A stretch of 64,000 bases of DNA from Balanoglossus misakiensis (GCA_040954595.2 CM082582.2:4076303-4140302); one strand, 5' to 3'; counted from the first letter of the stretch, positions 37,801-51,400 are shown. Notes: generated by a model not told the origin, from the letters alone. Numbers and translations: made by a program.

Positions 37801-39679
37801 TGGAAAGAAATCTGTGACACAGCGTCTGCATAAATGGTTTATCTCGAGTGCCCAGAGAGAGTCGAGTACACGTTGGAATTTTTGACAAAGCTGTTTGCCA
37901 GCATCAGCCATGCATGGCTCGTATCTCTCACGACTTCATTACTAGGTCAGTGCATGCACAAACACCAACCACATGTGTTCTTTCGTCTTCATTTTTATCG
38001 TGACTGTGCAGAGCAGCAAAGGGCAAAGCGTATAGGCTGCAAGGGATTAGACCTGTTGTGTATCAGTTTGCCTGCTGTGGTTTTTCCCTATCTTGGTTTT
38101 TTCCTACCACGGGGCCCTCTCTCTCCATTCCCAAGTGGTGCATGTAGATTGTCTCGTCTGCAAAAAAACAGAAACTGTGTGAATGACATTTACCAGCTTA
38201 CACACAAGCCTGATAACAGCGATATAGATTTGAAAAGGCTAAGGTAAGGTGACAAAAACACTCAGTTTAATTTGAAGCATTCAGTTTTGGGAAAATTTAT
38301 TACATGAGGCTATATAACCAACAAGGATATCATGTTGCTTGCTTTGAGTATTGTATTTATTGTAGCATTGCAGCCAACCAAGTAAGAACAGTTGGCTCTT
38401 GTATATCTTTAGTGAAAGTGCATTTGACATTGAGATACAGATATAATATCTTGTTTAGCTGCCTGGGGCAGAGTTAAATGCTGCAGTGTTTAATCTTCTC
38501 AACATAGCCCATGTGTGCGCAATCAACATTATTATTTTGAAAAGTATTCAAGTCCAGATTTGACTGTATTTGCAACAATAACTGGTCAGTACACATACGC
38601 ACGACTTGTCGACAAGCAGAAAACTGGGTGTGTTGGGATACTATTGGGATGAGAACAAGAAATGTAGTTGATACCCAAAACAAAAATACTGGGAAAATAG
38701 CCAGAAGTTTCAAATAATGGCCATTTAAACTGTATTGAGACATGCTCTGTTCTTTCTAATCCATAAACTTTATTTGTCATTTGTGATATATTGAAATTAC
38801 AATGCTTAATTTGATAAAGTGTGGTATAGATATTAATTGCACAGTGAAATTAAAGATGCATTTACTGCTAATCATATAGGTATCATAAGTCTAGAGTTGA
38901 TATATTGCACAAAATTCATGGACTATTCTTGAGTTACTGATTTCACAGATGGGAGTTTGTAGTAGGGACATTGAGAGTTTCTACGGACTGGTTTACATAT
39001 TTAATTATTTTGTAAAAAATAGTTATACTTCTGAAATTACTTATAATTTGATGAAATGATTATGTGTTACAGATATCAATCTCACAGATATCTTATGTAC
39101 TCTGAGACTTTAAGACTTGTCATGTTAATAAATAAATAATTAAATTTGAATAAATCCAGTTATTCAATTGAAGTTAACGCAATTTGCTAGAGATGTACAA
39201 ACTAGATAAAATAGTCCCTGTTGAAAATCAGGGTTTGAACAAGAAAAAAAAGCACAGCCTTATATAAGTTTGCAGTTTTCATAACCCTATAGATCAAGGG
39301 TTGCTCACACTATAGGTCAACAGTTGTAAATCCTTGCCAACTAAAAGGTCATATACATGTACCTAGATTTGTTTCATAACATCAAGTCAGCAGTTGAAAG
39401 TGCATGCAAAGTAGAATGCAGGAATAATGTCACTAGTGTACTGTCTTGTGTCTGATAAAAATTGTGTTTTTAATTTTGTTAAACTGAATAATGCCACGTG
39501 AGTATGACCCTAAGTGCAGTGTATTGCTGATTGGTAGTGTATTGTATATGATTCTTTATATACAGAAAGAAATAATCAAATGATTGTTTGGTGAGGGAAA
39601 GGCCATGTATTGTGGCACATCTTTGTCATGACAGGATTTGTGTTGTGCCATGATGCAGTCTCATCTGTCTAAGGGAAGT

Positions 39680-40010
39680 CATTTTTTGGTCCTATTTGGT
39701 ATGCATACATCGTACCATTGGACCCTCATGGGATCAGCGGATGTATGTCCGTCCACATCACCTTGATATTTGGTGTGCAGATGCAGGGCGGGCTGTAGAT
39801 GGGAGTTTGTTCAAATGAAGTTGTCATTGCAAAAAATATGCAAATCAGCTGGAAAATGTGAAATTGGTCAGAACTCGGAAACTCAAGTGCTGGGCAAGTT
39901 GCATCTTTGTCATTTTTCGGCCATTTTTGGTCAAAAATTGTGCTCTGCGAAACAGCTTGCTTTTGAAATTGAGGTCTTGAGGTGTTAAGTAGTTGATGAA
40001 AGGTCGCCCA
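39680..40010 (+). mobile_element. DINE-1/HINE-like (Helentron-associated) interspersed repeat fragment
   Basis: A GTATGTCCGTCC microsatellite seed followed by ATATTTGGTGTGCAG..GTTTGTTCAAATG and CATTTTTGGTC core blocks, typical of such invertebrate elements. Termini were not resolved. Confidence 0.4.
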
Positions 40011-40601
40011 CATCTCCAGGCCATGTCATCCCACGCTGGAACTGTTCAAATCTGGTTGCCTGGGATTCACTGAAAAGGAGGCTTTTACCTGATCTCTCTG
40101 CCTTTTAAATGGAATCAACCAGAGAAAAAGATAAAAAAGCTAGCCATGTGTTAATTGGCATTATTTTGTGTGTATATATCTGACAGGTCTACATGGTATC
40201 GGTCACATTGAAGAAGACCCATTAAATCATTGCAACTGATATCGCAAGATAATTGACGCAGTTGTCCAACAGCATTTCGCACAGAAGAAATTAAGGTAAG
40301 AATTTTCTTTTCTTTTAATGTGTAGGATGTGTTTACCCATGCATGTTGTATCATTGCATGTTTGTGTTGCACACATGTACAGGGGCGTAGCTAAGCTAAA
40401 GAGTGCCTGGCAAAGCTTGAACAGTGGAGAGAGGGAAGGTAAGTGTTGGAAGGGCAAGGAATGGCAGATTGTGTTTTGGGAGAAAGCAGTTCATCGGGAA
40501 AGGCTAAAGAGCCAGCTGTTTGTGCTGGCTACTGGTTCTTATCTGCAATGCACCCCTTGTAGCTGTCCGGCAGCATCACTGTGATGTAGCTATATTATTT
40601 A

Positions 40602-40809
40602 CTGTAAAATGGGTTATTTTCGCGACTGAAAATTTTCGCGAGATCAAAAGAGGCAACTGTTACGCAAGGATTACTTTTCGCGTTCTTGTATTTCACTAAT
40701 TGCATCGTTATCTCCGAAAAACATTTTACGCGACTTATTATTTTTACTTATTTGTGGCTCTCGCGTTTTTTGCGAAAATTTATTGCACGCGAAATAACCC
40801 GTTTTACAG
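40602..40809 (-). mobile_element. TA-flanked CTGTAAAA MITE, copy 2 (inverted)
   Basis: Same TIRs with TA flanks; the interior is the reverse complement of copy 1. Confidence 0.85.
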
Positions 40810-41466
40810 TATCCACACATACATGTATTAGTATATTACATTGCATAGTACCTCGGGTTCAACTGTTGCAGGATTTGTGTTGTACCTAACCCCAGATTGT
40901 TGCATGGCATTAACGTGTGTTGAAATACTTATCAAGTATACTGGGCTTTCCATGCTTGTGTCTTGCATAGAAAAATTACTTGATCCAGTTTTAAAATGCT
41001 GTGAGATAGAGAAGAAATGTAAGAAATCTTTGACAGAAAATAGAACGCATACATTTGTAGTAGGTAGGTAGTGCTAGGTTGATAACAGGTGGTTTACAAG
41101 GCATTTTTGGTCGGCAACTTCGAAGCCATCATTAGATTGATGCCCATTTTGGGCAGTTTGAGTTGCTGAAGTGAAGCAATTTTGTACAAGATAAAGCAAT
41201 TTTTTTTTCACATGGACACTTTCTTTACTTGTTTTTCATTGCCAAAACCTGTGACAGTCACTGACTCTTTTTCAAGAGTGAGAAAAAAGACCAACGGCTA
41301 GCCCTCAAAGTGAGACAATCTAAATGCAGTGCAGACAGTGTCACCCACGGTGACTTGTTAAACTTTTACACTGGAGTGATATTAAAACAAAACAATTGGA
41401 AGTGGAGATAAATTATATGTCAGGAGGAAAATTGCCATATTGGTCTGTCTGGTTTTCATCTCCTAC

Positions 41467-41567
41467 CACAGTCGTGTGGGGTTGTGCGTTCTTACTATGC
41501 GATCGCTCCTATGACTCAGAAATGGGGTGTTGCATTGGTAAGAATGCACAACCCCCACACAACTGTG
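41467..41567. repeat. About 100-bp palindrome (probable degenerate MITE)
   Basis: CACAGTCGTGTGGGGTTGTGCGTTCTTAC ... GTAAGAATGCACAACCCCCACACAACTGTG. Confidence 0.7.
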
Positions 41568-43056
41568 CTCTTACCAATGTAAGGGGCTCATGAAAGTCAC
41601 GCATCAGGTGAATTGACACTTGACCCCCATGACCCCATGTTGTTCGGTAAAAACAGCCAATACAGCCAAAGTTCAGCAGATCAAGGAGCTGTATTCCCAT
41701 GAGTCCATGATGTGATCGACTTCTGTGTAGGGGTGATTTCCAGGATAGGACCCCCCCCCCCCTCCCCCGACACTTTTACCCAGATGACACTTACTATAAC
41801 TTTTCCCCTGAACTGATTGGTGGAGAAAGTCTGGATGCAATGTCCATGGGGTAACAATCCTGATCCCATAATTGCCGAAGTACTTTTCCCAAATAAAACC
41901 CAAACCAGTTACGCAAGTGCTGGTAACTTTAAATAGTGTGCATATATGATGTTAAGTCAAGTGAGATTTATATAAAATCAATATTTGGTACGAAATTGCA
42001 ATGCTTACATGTAATTCGTAATTGTAACATAAACTGATTATTATATGTTCTTTATAGTATTAGTGCAGATTACCAATGGTAATAGGTTTTGAGTCATCAA
42101 TTCATATTCTCAAAAGGCCACTTTATAATAATTCACCCTTGATGTGTTTGTGAAAGATAATATTCTCATCTTTGTTATCATTGTCCTGTTTTCATTGCTT
42201 TTGTAGTAATATTTTATGACCAATAAACATATTGAGGTTTAGTGATCCCTACGAGAAATATTCACATTTCACAATAAATATAAAATGTTTGCACATAAAA
42301 TGATATTAAGATGAGATTATTGTCAAAGTTCACTGCAGTTATGACAAGGAGGGATCTCACTCTTGCCTATAAACCAATACAGTACAATGATCTTTGTGGG
42401 AGAAAGCCAATATTTTGGTGCCCATGCAGTTTATTGGAGCTCAGATGTCAAGCACTGTGCACAGCAAACTTACAAGTGTTTAAGTATTTAAGTAGTTCAT
42501 AACAGGCATAGTGAAGTCAAATAAAAAGTGGTCTGTTTTTTGTCACTGATTGTGTTTAGATCTGCATGTTATGATGAACTCAGATATTGAGTCTGCCACG
42601 ACTGAATTACAAGGTCTTGACTCCTATAACATTGGGGGGGGGGGGGGGGGGGGGGGGCCTGGTGGTAATACAATCATTATCGTAGTCTTTTCTGATTAGT
42701 TACTTTGACAGCAAGTCTTTTGTATTGAAAGTGTAACATTGGTTTTGATGATTTTTTTTTCTCCTGTGAAAGCAATAATGAAAAGCAGATGTTTGCTTCT
42801 GTAGTTAGTGTATTATGCATGTTTGAGTTTTATCAAAGCAGAGAGGACTTCCAGGGTGTGAGGTACGTTGACTCAATTGTGATGAAGAGCAGCCAGGATA
42901 TTTAGCCATGACTGCTATCAGTTTTTACAAGCAAAACTTCAATGTTAGCATCAATGAATTTTGTTCAACACTGCTTAGTTAGACTCTGCAACAAGTTTGA
43001 ATGCAAATGCAACTGGTGAATAATGCAGTACAGACAGTTCTGATGGCTGGTACTAA

Positions 43057-43860
43057 GGCTGCATTCACAAACACCTCTAGAGGGGGGGGGGCAGGAGAAT
43101 TGAGGGGGGGATTTGAAAAAATTGAGGGTATGTAAGGGGGGGATTTGAAATAATTTAGGGACTGAAAGGGGGGGACTTGAAAACTTTAACGACTAAATAT
43201 TTATTTTGAGTCCACAAAAATGCAGTTTCGCGCCCTTTATTTTACAAAATTTTCTAATGTGGGAGGGGGACACCCCCTCCCACACCCACCCCCTCCATTC
43301 ATCAACACCTTTCAATCATTGACTGGTTTATCTAGTGTCCCAGGTCAGGGGACTTGCCCCACCCCATGATAACTTTGAGCGGTGATGGTTAAATTTGTCC
43401 TCCCCAACATACCGGTAGTTGAGTTAATTTGCTTTTGCCGGGTTCATTAAAATGCAGCTTTGAGCTCTGTATTTTAGAAAATTTTCTTACGTGGGAGGGG
43501 GACACCCCCTCCCAAACCCACCCCCTTCAATTCTCGGTTTACAATGTCTCCCAACACAGAATACAAATATATGTACTTAAAAAATAAAAACAATGTTCAG
43601 TTTTAATACCCACTGATGAGGGGAAACATCAGTTTCAAATTCTTTTCATGGGAGCGCTGTTTTTCTTTTTACAAGATAGATAGGTGATGTGTTTTGCTCT
43701 GTGAAAGAAAATGGGGGGGGGGGGATTTCAAAATTTTGGCAGTTCGGAAGGGGGGGATTTGAAAATATTGGCAGTTCGGAAGGGGGGCATGTGAAAATTA
43801 GCGGTAAAAAAAATTGAATTCTCCCGCCCCCCCCCTCCAGAGGTGTTTGTGAATGCAGCC
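43057..43860. mobile_element. PIF/Harbinger-type MITE (804 bp), TAA TSD
   Basis: Perfect 22-bp TIR GGCTGCATTCACAAACACCTCT / AGAGGTGTTTGTGAATGCAGCC; TAA on both sides (43054-43056, 43861-43863); subterminal GGGGGGATTTGAAA repeats; two GGGAGGGGGACACCCCCTCCC hairpins. Confidence 0.9.
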
Positions 43861-46800
43861 TAAACCTAGCATTATTTGACAAATTGACCGTCATCATGGA
43901 AACTACGAATCCTGGCCTTGAGATAACCGAAACTAATTATCACCTTTTTTTCCTGTCTTTTTGTAATTACTTGGTTGTGTTATATCACTACAAAGATGAC
44001 TTGAAAGACTTTTGTAGAGGGAGGGAGAGAAGTAGACTTGAAAACAGTGAATTGAAAACCATAATAGGGACTGAGTCTCATGATATGCTTTAGTGATCAC
44101 ATTGTTATGTAAATTAATTGATGAAGGCACTTCTAATCAGCCCGCAGTTGCAATTGTACACTGATGATTATAAGCCTGACAGTTTTTTAATGAAAGTCTT
44201 GCATTTTGAGTGAATAAAAGCAGTAGGTCACAATACATCCATATATCTCCCAAAGGTACAGCTATGTTTGTTTTCACTAATCCTTTCCAAAGTCAACTGT
44301 CATCCTGTACACTACAGTTTAAATTAGTCCGCCAAATCGTTATTTCCCCTAATAACAAGTCTACATATATAGGTATATCTTAACTACAATAATTCAAAGC
44401 CTTTATTTTCTTTGGTAAAAAGAATTGCTGTAAATTTAATTTTAAAATTGATCCATGCAAACTAGGAAGAGTATAGTATCAGACATGAAATGCAGTGATT
44501 ATACCAATGCTATGATCACAATATGCCTGATGATCAAGTTGCCATGATAATACCTGTTTTCATGGGGAAGAAAGGTGAGACTGCCCTCTGTAGGTGAGAC
44601 ACGTAAAAACTGATGTCTGATTGTTGGCCCAGTCTGAAATAAAAGTGCTTTCCAGCAATAAAAAATTTACCTATTGGCAGCAGCAATTGTACTGTGGACA
44701 CACCATGTGGACAAAGACAACATGATAGCAATACAAATGAACATAGATGAAGAAATGGTGCATTTTCCTGTGGTTTGTGTAGTGACATCCATGTCAGGAT
44801 ATAGTTGGCACTGACTTTTGTATAGATAGATGTTTTTAGTTTGTATGGTGAGAAATTAAACTGTCAGCAGCCTGGTTGCTAGCCAAGATATATTTATTTT
44901 GGGCAGGGCCATGCACCTCTCCATTATATTACTAGGGAGACTTTTGGTCATTTGACTGGACGTTGTATAATTGGAAATAATAACACATACATACTGGCCA
45001 GTGTGTCTCCCACAAAAATTCATTTGCTGCCATTCAAAATATCTACAAATTTAACTTTGACAAGTTACACATTTATATTGTAAAAAACATTTTTGTGATT
45101 TTCCATCTGGTCTAGCTCCATATGCCTTTTGGCCATGGCCTATGTGTCCCAGTGTAGGACTTCTGAGCACAGTACTGATGCTGGCCTTGCAGAAGCGTGT
45201 TAGACCCAAAGACTCGATGTAGTGCTAATTAAGATTCCACAAAGACAGCTGGACTGCCAAGAATTTAAGAGAGAGAGAGAAGTGACTACACACGTGTTTA
45301 TAGTCTTGTAGTGGTGGGAATGTGTAGGATGCAGATTGTCTGTATTTGCATAAATCTTTTGAGGGGCTGTGGTATTTGCGAGATGATGCAGTGATTGAGA
45401 CCAGTGACCAGTTGATCAATGTTTTCCTGGATGGTGGTACTAGTTGATGTGACCCTTATAAGTCACATATTGGTCGTAGGCATTCATACAGTGTACATGA
45501 CAAGGGATTACGTGGTCATTACAAGTGTCCTGTAAGCTAGCCTACTTATAGGGCCCAGGGGCTTATTACGTCCTCTACTTTGTTATGCTAAATCATTGAA
45601 CAAGTTGATAATTACCCAGTATATGGTATCAAAAGACAGCTCATCAAGGTACATGTGAGGCTTAAAGTTTCTTGAGAAGCTGACCACATCTGATTGTTTA
45701 CCTGTTCAAATAGCATTGACTGTATGCAATACAGTGATTTCAGATGTATTCTTCAAAGAGTGTATAAAAGAAGGACCTCACACAAAAGAGTGTCTATCAT
45801 CGTATATACATGAAACCAGTGAGTGGACAATAGAGTTTTCGATCCATACACATGGCAAGTACAGTGATCACTCGTAAGTCAACAAGGATTTTCCCTCAGG
45901 CTTTCCATGTTCTCCAAAGCAAGATTCCAAGAAGAATGTTTCCGTATGTCAGTTAGGCTTATTAACCCTTACACCCCCATTTCCCTCTTTATAGGGCCAA
46001 CCGTACCATAGAAAACAATATATAGGTTTGGATGTTCTTCCAAGCGTATTTTAGATATCATCACAAAATTTTCTGCATTAATTCCATCATTTGTATATTA
46101 TTGTCCAAATAGTGGCTGGTCTTAAAAAACTTTCATAAATTTACTTTACTTTCATGCTGTGACCATGATTTGAATATCAAATACATGCATATGAGCACCA
46201 AATTGTAACCCTTTCACTAAAATGGGGGGTGGGGGGTGGGGGTGGGGGGGTTGAAAGTGGTTGTCTGATATATTTCTATGGTGATAGTAATACCTCTGAA
46301 GTTTTTACATATTTCTGTGTTTAATACAGGATTACTGCTATTTTGCATACCAGTCAGACGAGTAATAAAATGTATGTATTTGAATCTAGCAGAGTTTATG
46401 CTGTCCATTTCATCAAAGCAAATGTACCGTGATTAGATGCATTCTCAGCTGTGAAGTGCATGAACTTCATTTCCTTCACAAACGACTTCTGTCAAGTTTA
46501 ATCAGTTGTACTTTTCCCTGTGCAGCTGCTACGAAAACAGTCTCTTTTTTTTAAAATTACTAATGACTTGTCCTGGCTTTGTGATAATCTGTAGATATCT
46601 GTCTGCCCTAACAGAGACCCTCGCTAATAGAAATATACAGATGGGAGTCTCTGATTAATGAGGAAAAAAGGGCATTACTGTAGATAAGCCGTTTTAAGCA
46701 TCCATCTATAAAATGTAATATTTTTGTGGGTGAAATTTTGAATTTGTTGTCATTATATATAATACTCAGCTGATGTTGTTTTCCAAATAATCCTGGTTCT

Positions 46801-48248
46801 TAACTGTAGTATTGAAGTCTGGGATGAAAAATCAGATTGTGTGGAGAAAATGTCCCTGATGCTATGTTTTCAAATCAAACTGTGACTACTCAACCGTACT
46901 GTGGTGTCAGTGTTGACAATATGTCTGGGCATATGGTGCTGCCCTCACTTCTGTGTTCAATACTCTTAGCCAGTGACAGTGTTCAGAAATGCCAGATTCC
47001 ATGCGAAGTTGTTGTATGTAAATTCATTACAGTTTCATGGAAACCAAATTTTCCCAATGTTGAACTTTTTTTCTGGAATTCCTACTTGATGAATTAAAGA
47101 GAGAGTCACAATCATCTATGTAAATTTGTGGATACTCTTTCATGAAAAGTCTATGTATCATTTTAACTGGCATTCCGAAAATATAACAATTTGAAAACAT
47201 TTTTGTCTTACCTGTATGCACCATTCAGGAAACCATGACTATTCATCATGCTCTCGGAAAAAAACGTAATTTTAGAAATTGTTTGAAATTGTTGAATTTT
47301 CTTTGTGTCAGCCCCTCAAACAAATGATTACAATGACATGAAAAAAAATTCAACACGATGAATAACTTGTAACATCTTCTGCAATGTTTCATATTTGCTT
47401 AGAGGATACATTATTTATGCAAGAAATAATAATTCATTTTTTAACAAACCAGAATATAGTATTATCAAGATTATGACAAGATCTCAGTAAATACAGCAGC
47501 ATTAAAGTAAAATTTTTATGTGAAGAAAAGGAATTTTAACACCCAAAGAAAATAACCTCGCTCCATATACAGTTACTGTATTTTCCAAAGCAAATCTTTC
47601 TCACAAAGTGTCTGTGGCAATACATGTTCGCAAGGCAAATGTTGAATTTCAATGTGTGCTTGCCTTGCCACTCGTTTATATATATCTTCCCATTTCAGAT
47701 TTTTTTTTAATCATTCAAAGCAGAAAATTTGAGGTCATTTCTCTGAATGAGTGCCTTTCATGGAGATATATTTGAATCGAATTTGGTGCCGTGATGTAGA
47801 AATAATGATTTCTGGTGATTTTCCGTGTATGGTTGTATAATTACAAAGTATGCCCGAAGCAATTCTTGTTTGTAAGCACTCATGCAATTCATGAGGGACT
47901 TGGGTTTTTGAGCCAAACTCCTTAGTGGATTGTTTTCTGCATGTCAACAGAGTTCTGTAAGGAGAGGTTACGACCCTTACAACATCAAACAACGCAGGCA
48001 CTGTTGGTGTAATTTAGATGAGGGCGAGTGAAATGTTGAGAGAAAAAAATCACAGAAAAGGAACAATGTGTAATGAATGAGCTGTAGTCATACAATCAGC
48101 ATAACTCACAACCATTGCTTGAATGTTTTTGTGACGTACGTCAGTGTGTGATTTATGTAGCTTTGGTTTGGTCAGCACAATGGATCAGATTGTGTCATTG
48201 GCGTGATTTGACTTCTTGCAAAGTTGTAACGTCATACCAGTTTATGTA

Positions 48249-48434
48249 CTGTAAAACGGGTTATTTTCGCGAGCAATAAATTTTTGCAAAATACACGAGA
48301 GCCAAAAAAACGCGAAAAGTTTTTCGAAAATAATGATGCTGTGAAATACGAGAACGCGAAATTAATCCTCGCGTAACAGTTGCCTCTTCTGAGATCGCGA
48401 AAATTTCCTGTCCCGAAAATAACCCGTTTTACAG
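48249..48434 (+). mobile_element. TA-flanked CTGTAAAA MITE, copy 3 (internally deleted)
   Basis: TA|CTGTAAAACGGGTTATTTTCG ... CGAAAATAACCCGTTTTACAG|TA. Confidence 0.85.
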
Positions 48435-51400
48435 TATATTATATCATGGCATGTACAATTGATGGCTATTTCCTGTCATAAACAAAGCTGATATATATGA
48501 CAGTTAAAAATCGATCGCTATTGAACTCAGTTTCATTCAGTGAAAGAATTAAATTCATTTGAATGTTAACGAAGAATGAAAGGTGACCCATGAAAGATCT
48601 ATATACTCTAGGCTGTTATTTCCATTTGTGTTAAGGTTGACATTTCGTAACATTTTCTATTTATGACTTGAAGATAAGGTTGAATTCAGACTCTACCAAT
48701 ATTGCTTTTATGTAGCTGAAGTATTATCATTCATTGATAAAACCACATTACTTAAAATTTATAAAAAGATATGGTTTGAGATGTCAAAAAACGAGATATT
48801 GCAATTCAATTTTTTTCTCTCCATCTTTTCATGTCTCTTTCTCATCTGTAACTAAGAGCGGTAATTATGACATCCTAGAATATGTCAGATACGTCATCCT
48901 TAGGAATTTCAAAAACATTATCACTGATCTATGGTAGTCAACTGCAGACATTTGACATCATTTGTTATCTGAAATCTAGCTCATAACCATAGCAACCAGA
49001 CTCATGAAATTCATAGTGGTAGAGTACATTTTTGCAAGGATTTCCATTTGAAGTTTATCATACCTTAATTCTTGAACTTTTATGTAAATTACAGTTTAAT
49101 GTATTGTTAGTCTAAGAAGACATAGTAAAAAGTAATAGTAATTATACCAAGTTTGTGGAAAATTGAGTATAATTCTGTCAACTACTTTTTATATTTTGGT
49201 AGTTTTGAATTGTTCAGGGATACTCTCCTGATCTGTGCAGTGACATCATTTTGTACGCTTCATGTGGTAATCCCTGTGATTGGTGTTTCTAAGGCAGCAT
49301 AGAAACCATGGCAACATGTCTGTGCAGTAACAGCTCAGTTGACATCTGTGCTGGTGCCCAACATCTGATCTTTAGGAACTGAAGTTAGATGACCCATCTT
49401 GATGCAATCTTCTCTGAAAACGCCATCATACTTTGAGTTGGAATGTCTCTATAAATTTAAAGGCAAATGCTGATTACTAGAAAAACATAGTGAATTTCAC
49501 ATGTTCTACACAAAAGAACTGCCACTTTTATAATAGAAATTAATTCAAGTAGTCTAGTGGCAGAATAAATCCAGGTATCTAAATTTAAGTTTTACAGTTA
49601 CTGTAATAGCATACAGGCAACAATGGTCAGATATTTGTTGATCTAATTCATCTTTAAAGGACAAAAATTCTTTGCTGGTGACATTCATATGAAAAGGACA
49701 AATTAAAGACTTTTACACGTTTTTTTCTCATTTTTTTCTCCAAAAAGAAATTATTTGTTTAATTGTTCGATTCTAAATCACAGTCTGTGTATAATATGTA
49801 AATTGCATCAGTGATGAAATTTTTGGTATGTACCAGAAATTATGTCATCGAAGTATTTCTTGCTATAACCACAAGTAGGGTTCGAGATAGAAATAATAAG
49901 CAATGATTTAAATGTACTTCATTGAATGAACAACTTGTACAAATTCTTCCATAATAATCAAAATAACACAAACAGATAATTTTGGTCTATTTAAATCTGC
50001 ATTCAGTAGAATATTTCATTTTGATTTTGGGGGGTTTACTGTTTCCATTGTATTGAAGTGAAAGTTAGAACTTAGAAAAGTGTGAGTGTGTGGATAAAGT
50101 ATGAGAGTAATGGTTCTACTGCAGGAGATACGCAAAGTTGTTTACCAGAAGATTTTCTTTCCTACAGTTGGTGTTTTGGTTACTTTCGCCATGTGACCGA
50201 AACATAGCAACATGAGAATGAGAGGTTTGAAATCATCGACACCTGTTGGATTTTGGTTTGACATTTCGGAGCTCGGATTTCTTTGGGGATGAACAGATGG
50301 TCCGAGCTGAGATTACTGTACACTGGTTGTCTGGATGTTGTGAATTCTCATTCCACATGTAGTACTTATAAGTGCGCTGGTGCAGAGAGACGTCTACCCT
50401 TGTGCATTCAGCGCAAGATTCGGAATATTTGCACAACATTTCATTAATGCGATGTGCTGAGAATCAACAAGAAGTGAAGGGGGGAGGGATATAATGGCGA
50501 TGCTGATTGGGACAATAATGAAGCTGTGATGAGTCTGTCTGACTTTCTTGCCAGCCAACTGGAACACGTGTGTAATTAAAATATTCATGTCATGTCCAAT
50601 CTCAGGTGTGAATTGCAAATCTACATTTAGCCTTATCACTGATTAAATTTGATGCTCATCCAAGATTCTTTGGATGTCATGCTTCAGTTACCTGCACTGA
50701 TTTTTTTTCCCTCTGCAAAAAAAAAAAAATCTAATTAAGTTTCCTCTTCTGTGAAAACCACCCCATCCATTTCTTTCATGCTAAAAAACCTAGTTAGCAA
50801 TTCCCAAGCCTACCAGCTACTTGAAAGTCATTGCAGAATTGCACTGATTTGGAAATTAGATTTGGTGGTAGGAAATGGTCCGGGGAGGCCAGGCCAGGGG
50901 AAAATGTTACTAATTTAGACATTGGGCAGGGATTTTAATGGATCCAAGACTCCTGAGATTGCCGAGGTAAAAAAGTGAGTGAAAGGGGAGAGAGTTGGGA
51001 ACAGTAATGTGCTTTACATTAATGCAATTTGTCAGTGTGTAACAAGCAGGGGTCCAAGACGGAGTTTGATTTAGTTGCCATCAGGGAGCGAGTTGGCATG
51101 TCACAGCTGATTTGGCGGCACGGCATACCCATACAGAAAGGCTCTGACATGTTATTTATGTCAATTAGAGTTTCGTCAGGCTCTTTCGAATCTCACATAA
51201 TGTGATTTACTTGTGAATTTTGCTGAATTCACTTGGCATTCAAAATCGGCTGTGGGGATTCACTAATGCACAAAACCTGTTTTGTTTTTTCGACACTTTA
51301 TTTTTAACAGCAGTTGGGTACATGATGTGTGGCAGCTGCGACCGTTCTGCTGATTTGTCACAGTTCTGTGAAATGTTTACAGTCAGGCCTGCATGGTTGT

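Noticed and set aside
42571-42695. C/D snoRNA-like boxes (ATGATGA..CTGA)
   Set aside because: Spacing is wrong, there is no terminal stem, and a poly-G run interrupts it.
43080-43800. Regularly spaced short repeats (CRISPR-like at a glance)
   Set aside because: These are MITE subterminal repeats in a eukaryotic context, with no unique spacers or cas genes.
50168-50400. Strong acceptor TTTTCTTTCCTACAG followed by CpG-rich sequence
   Set aside because: All three frames close quickly and there is no clear donor; at most a UTR exon.
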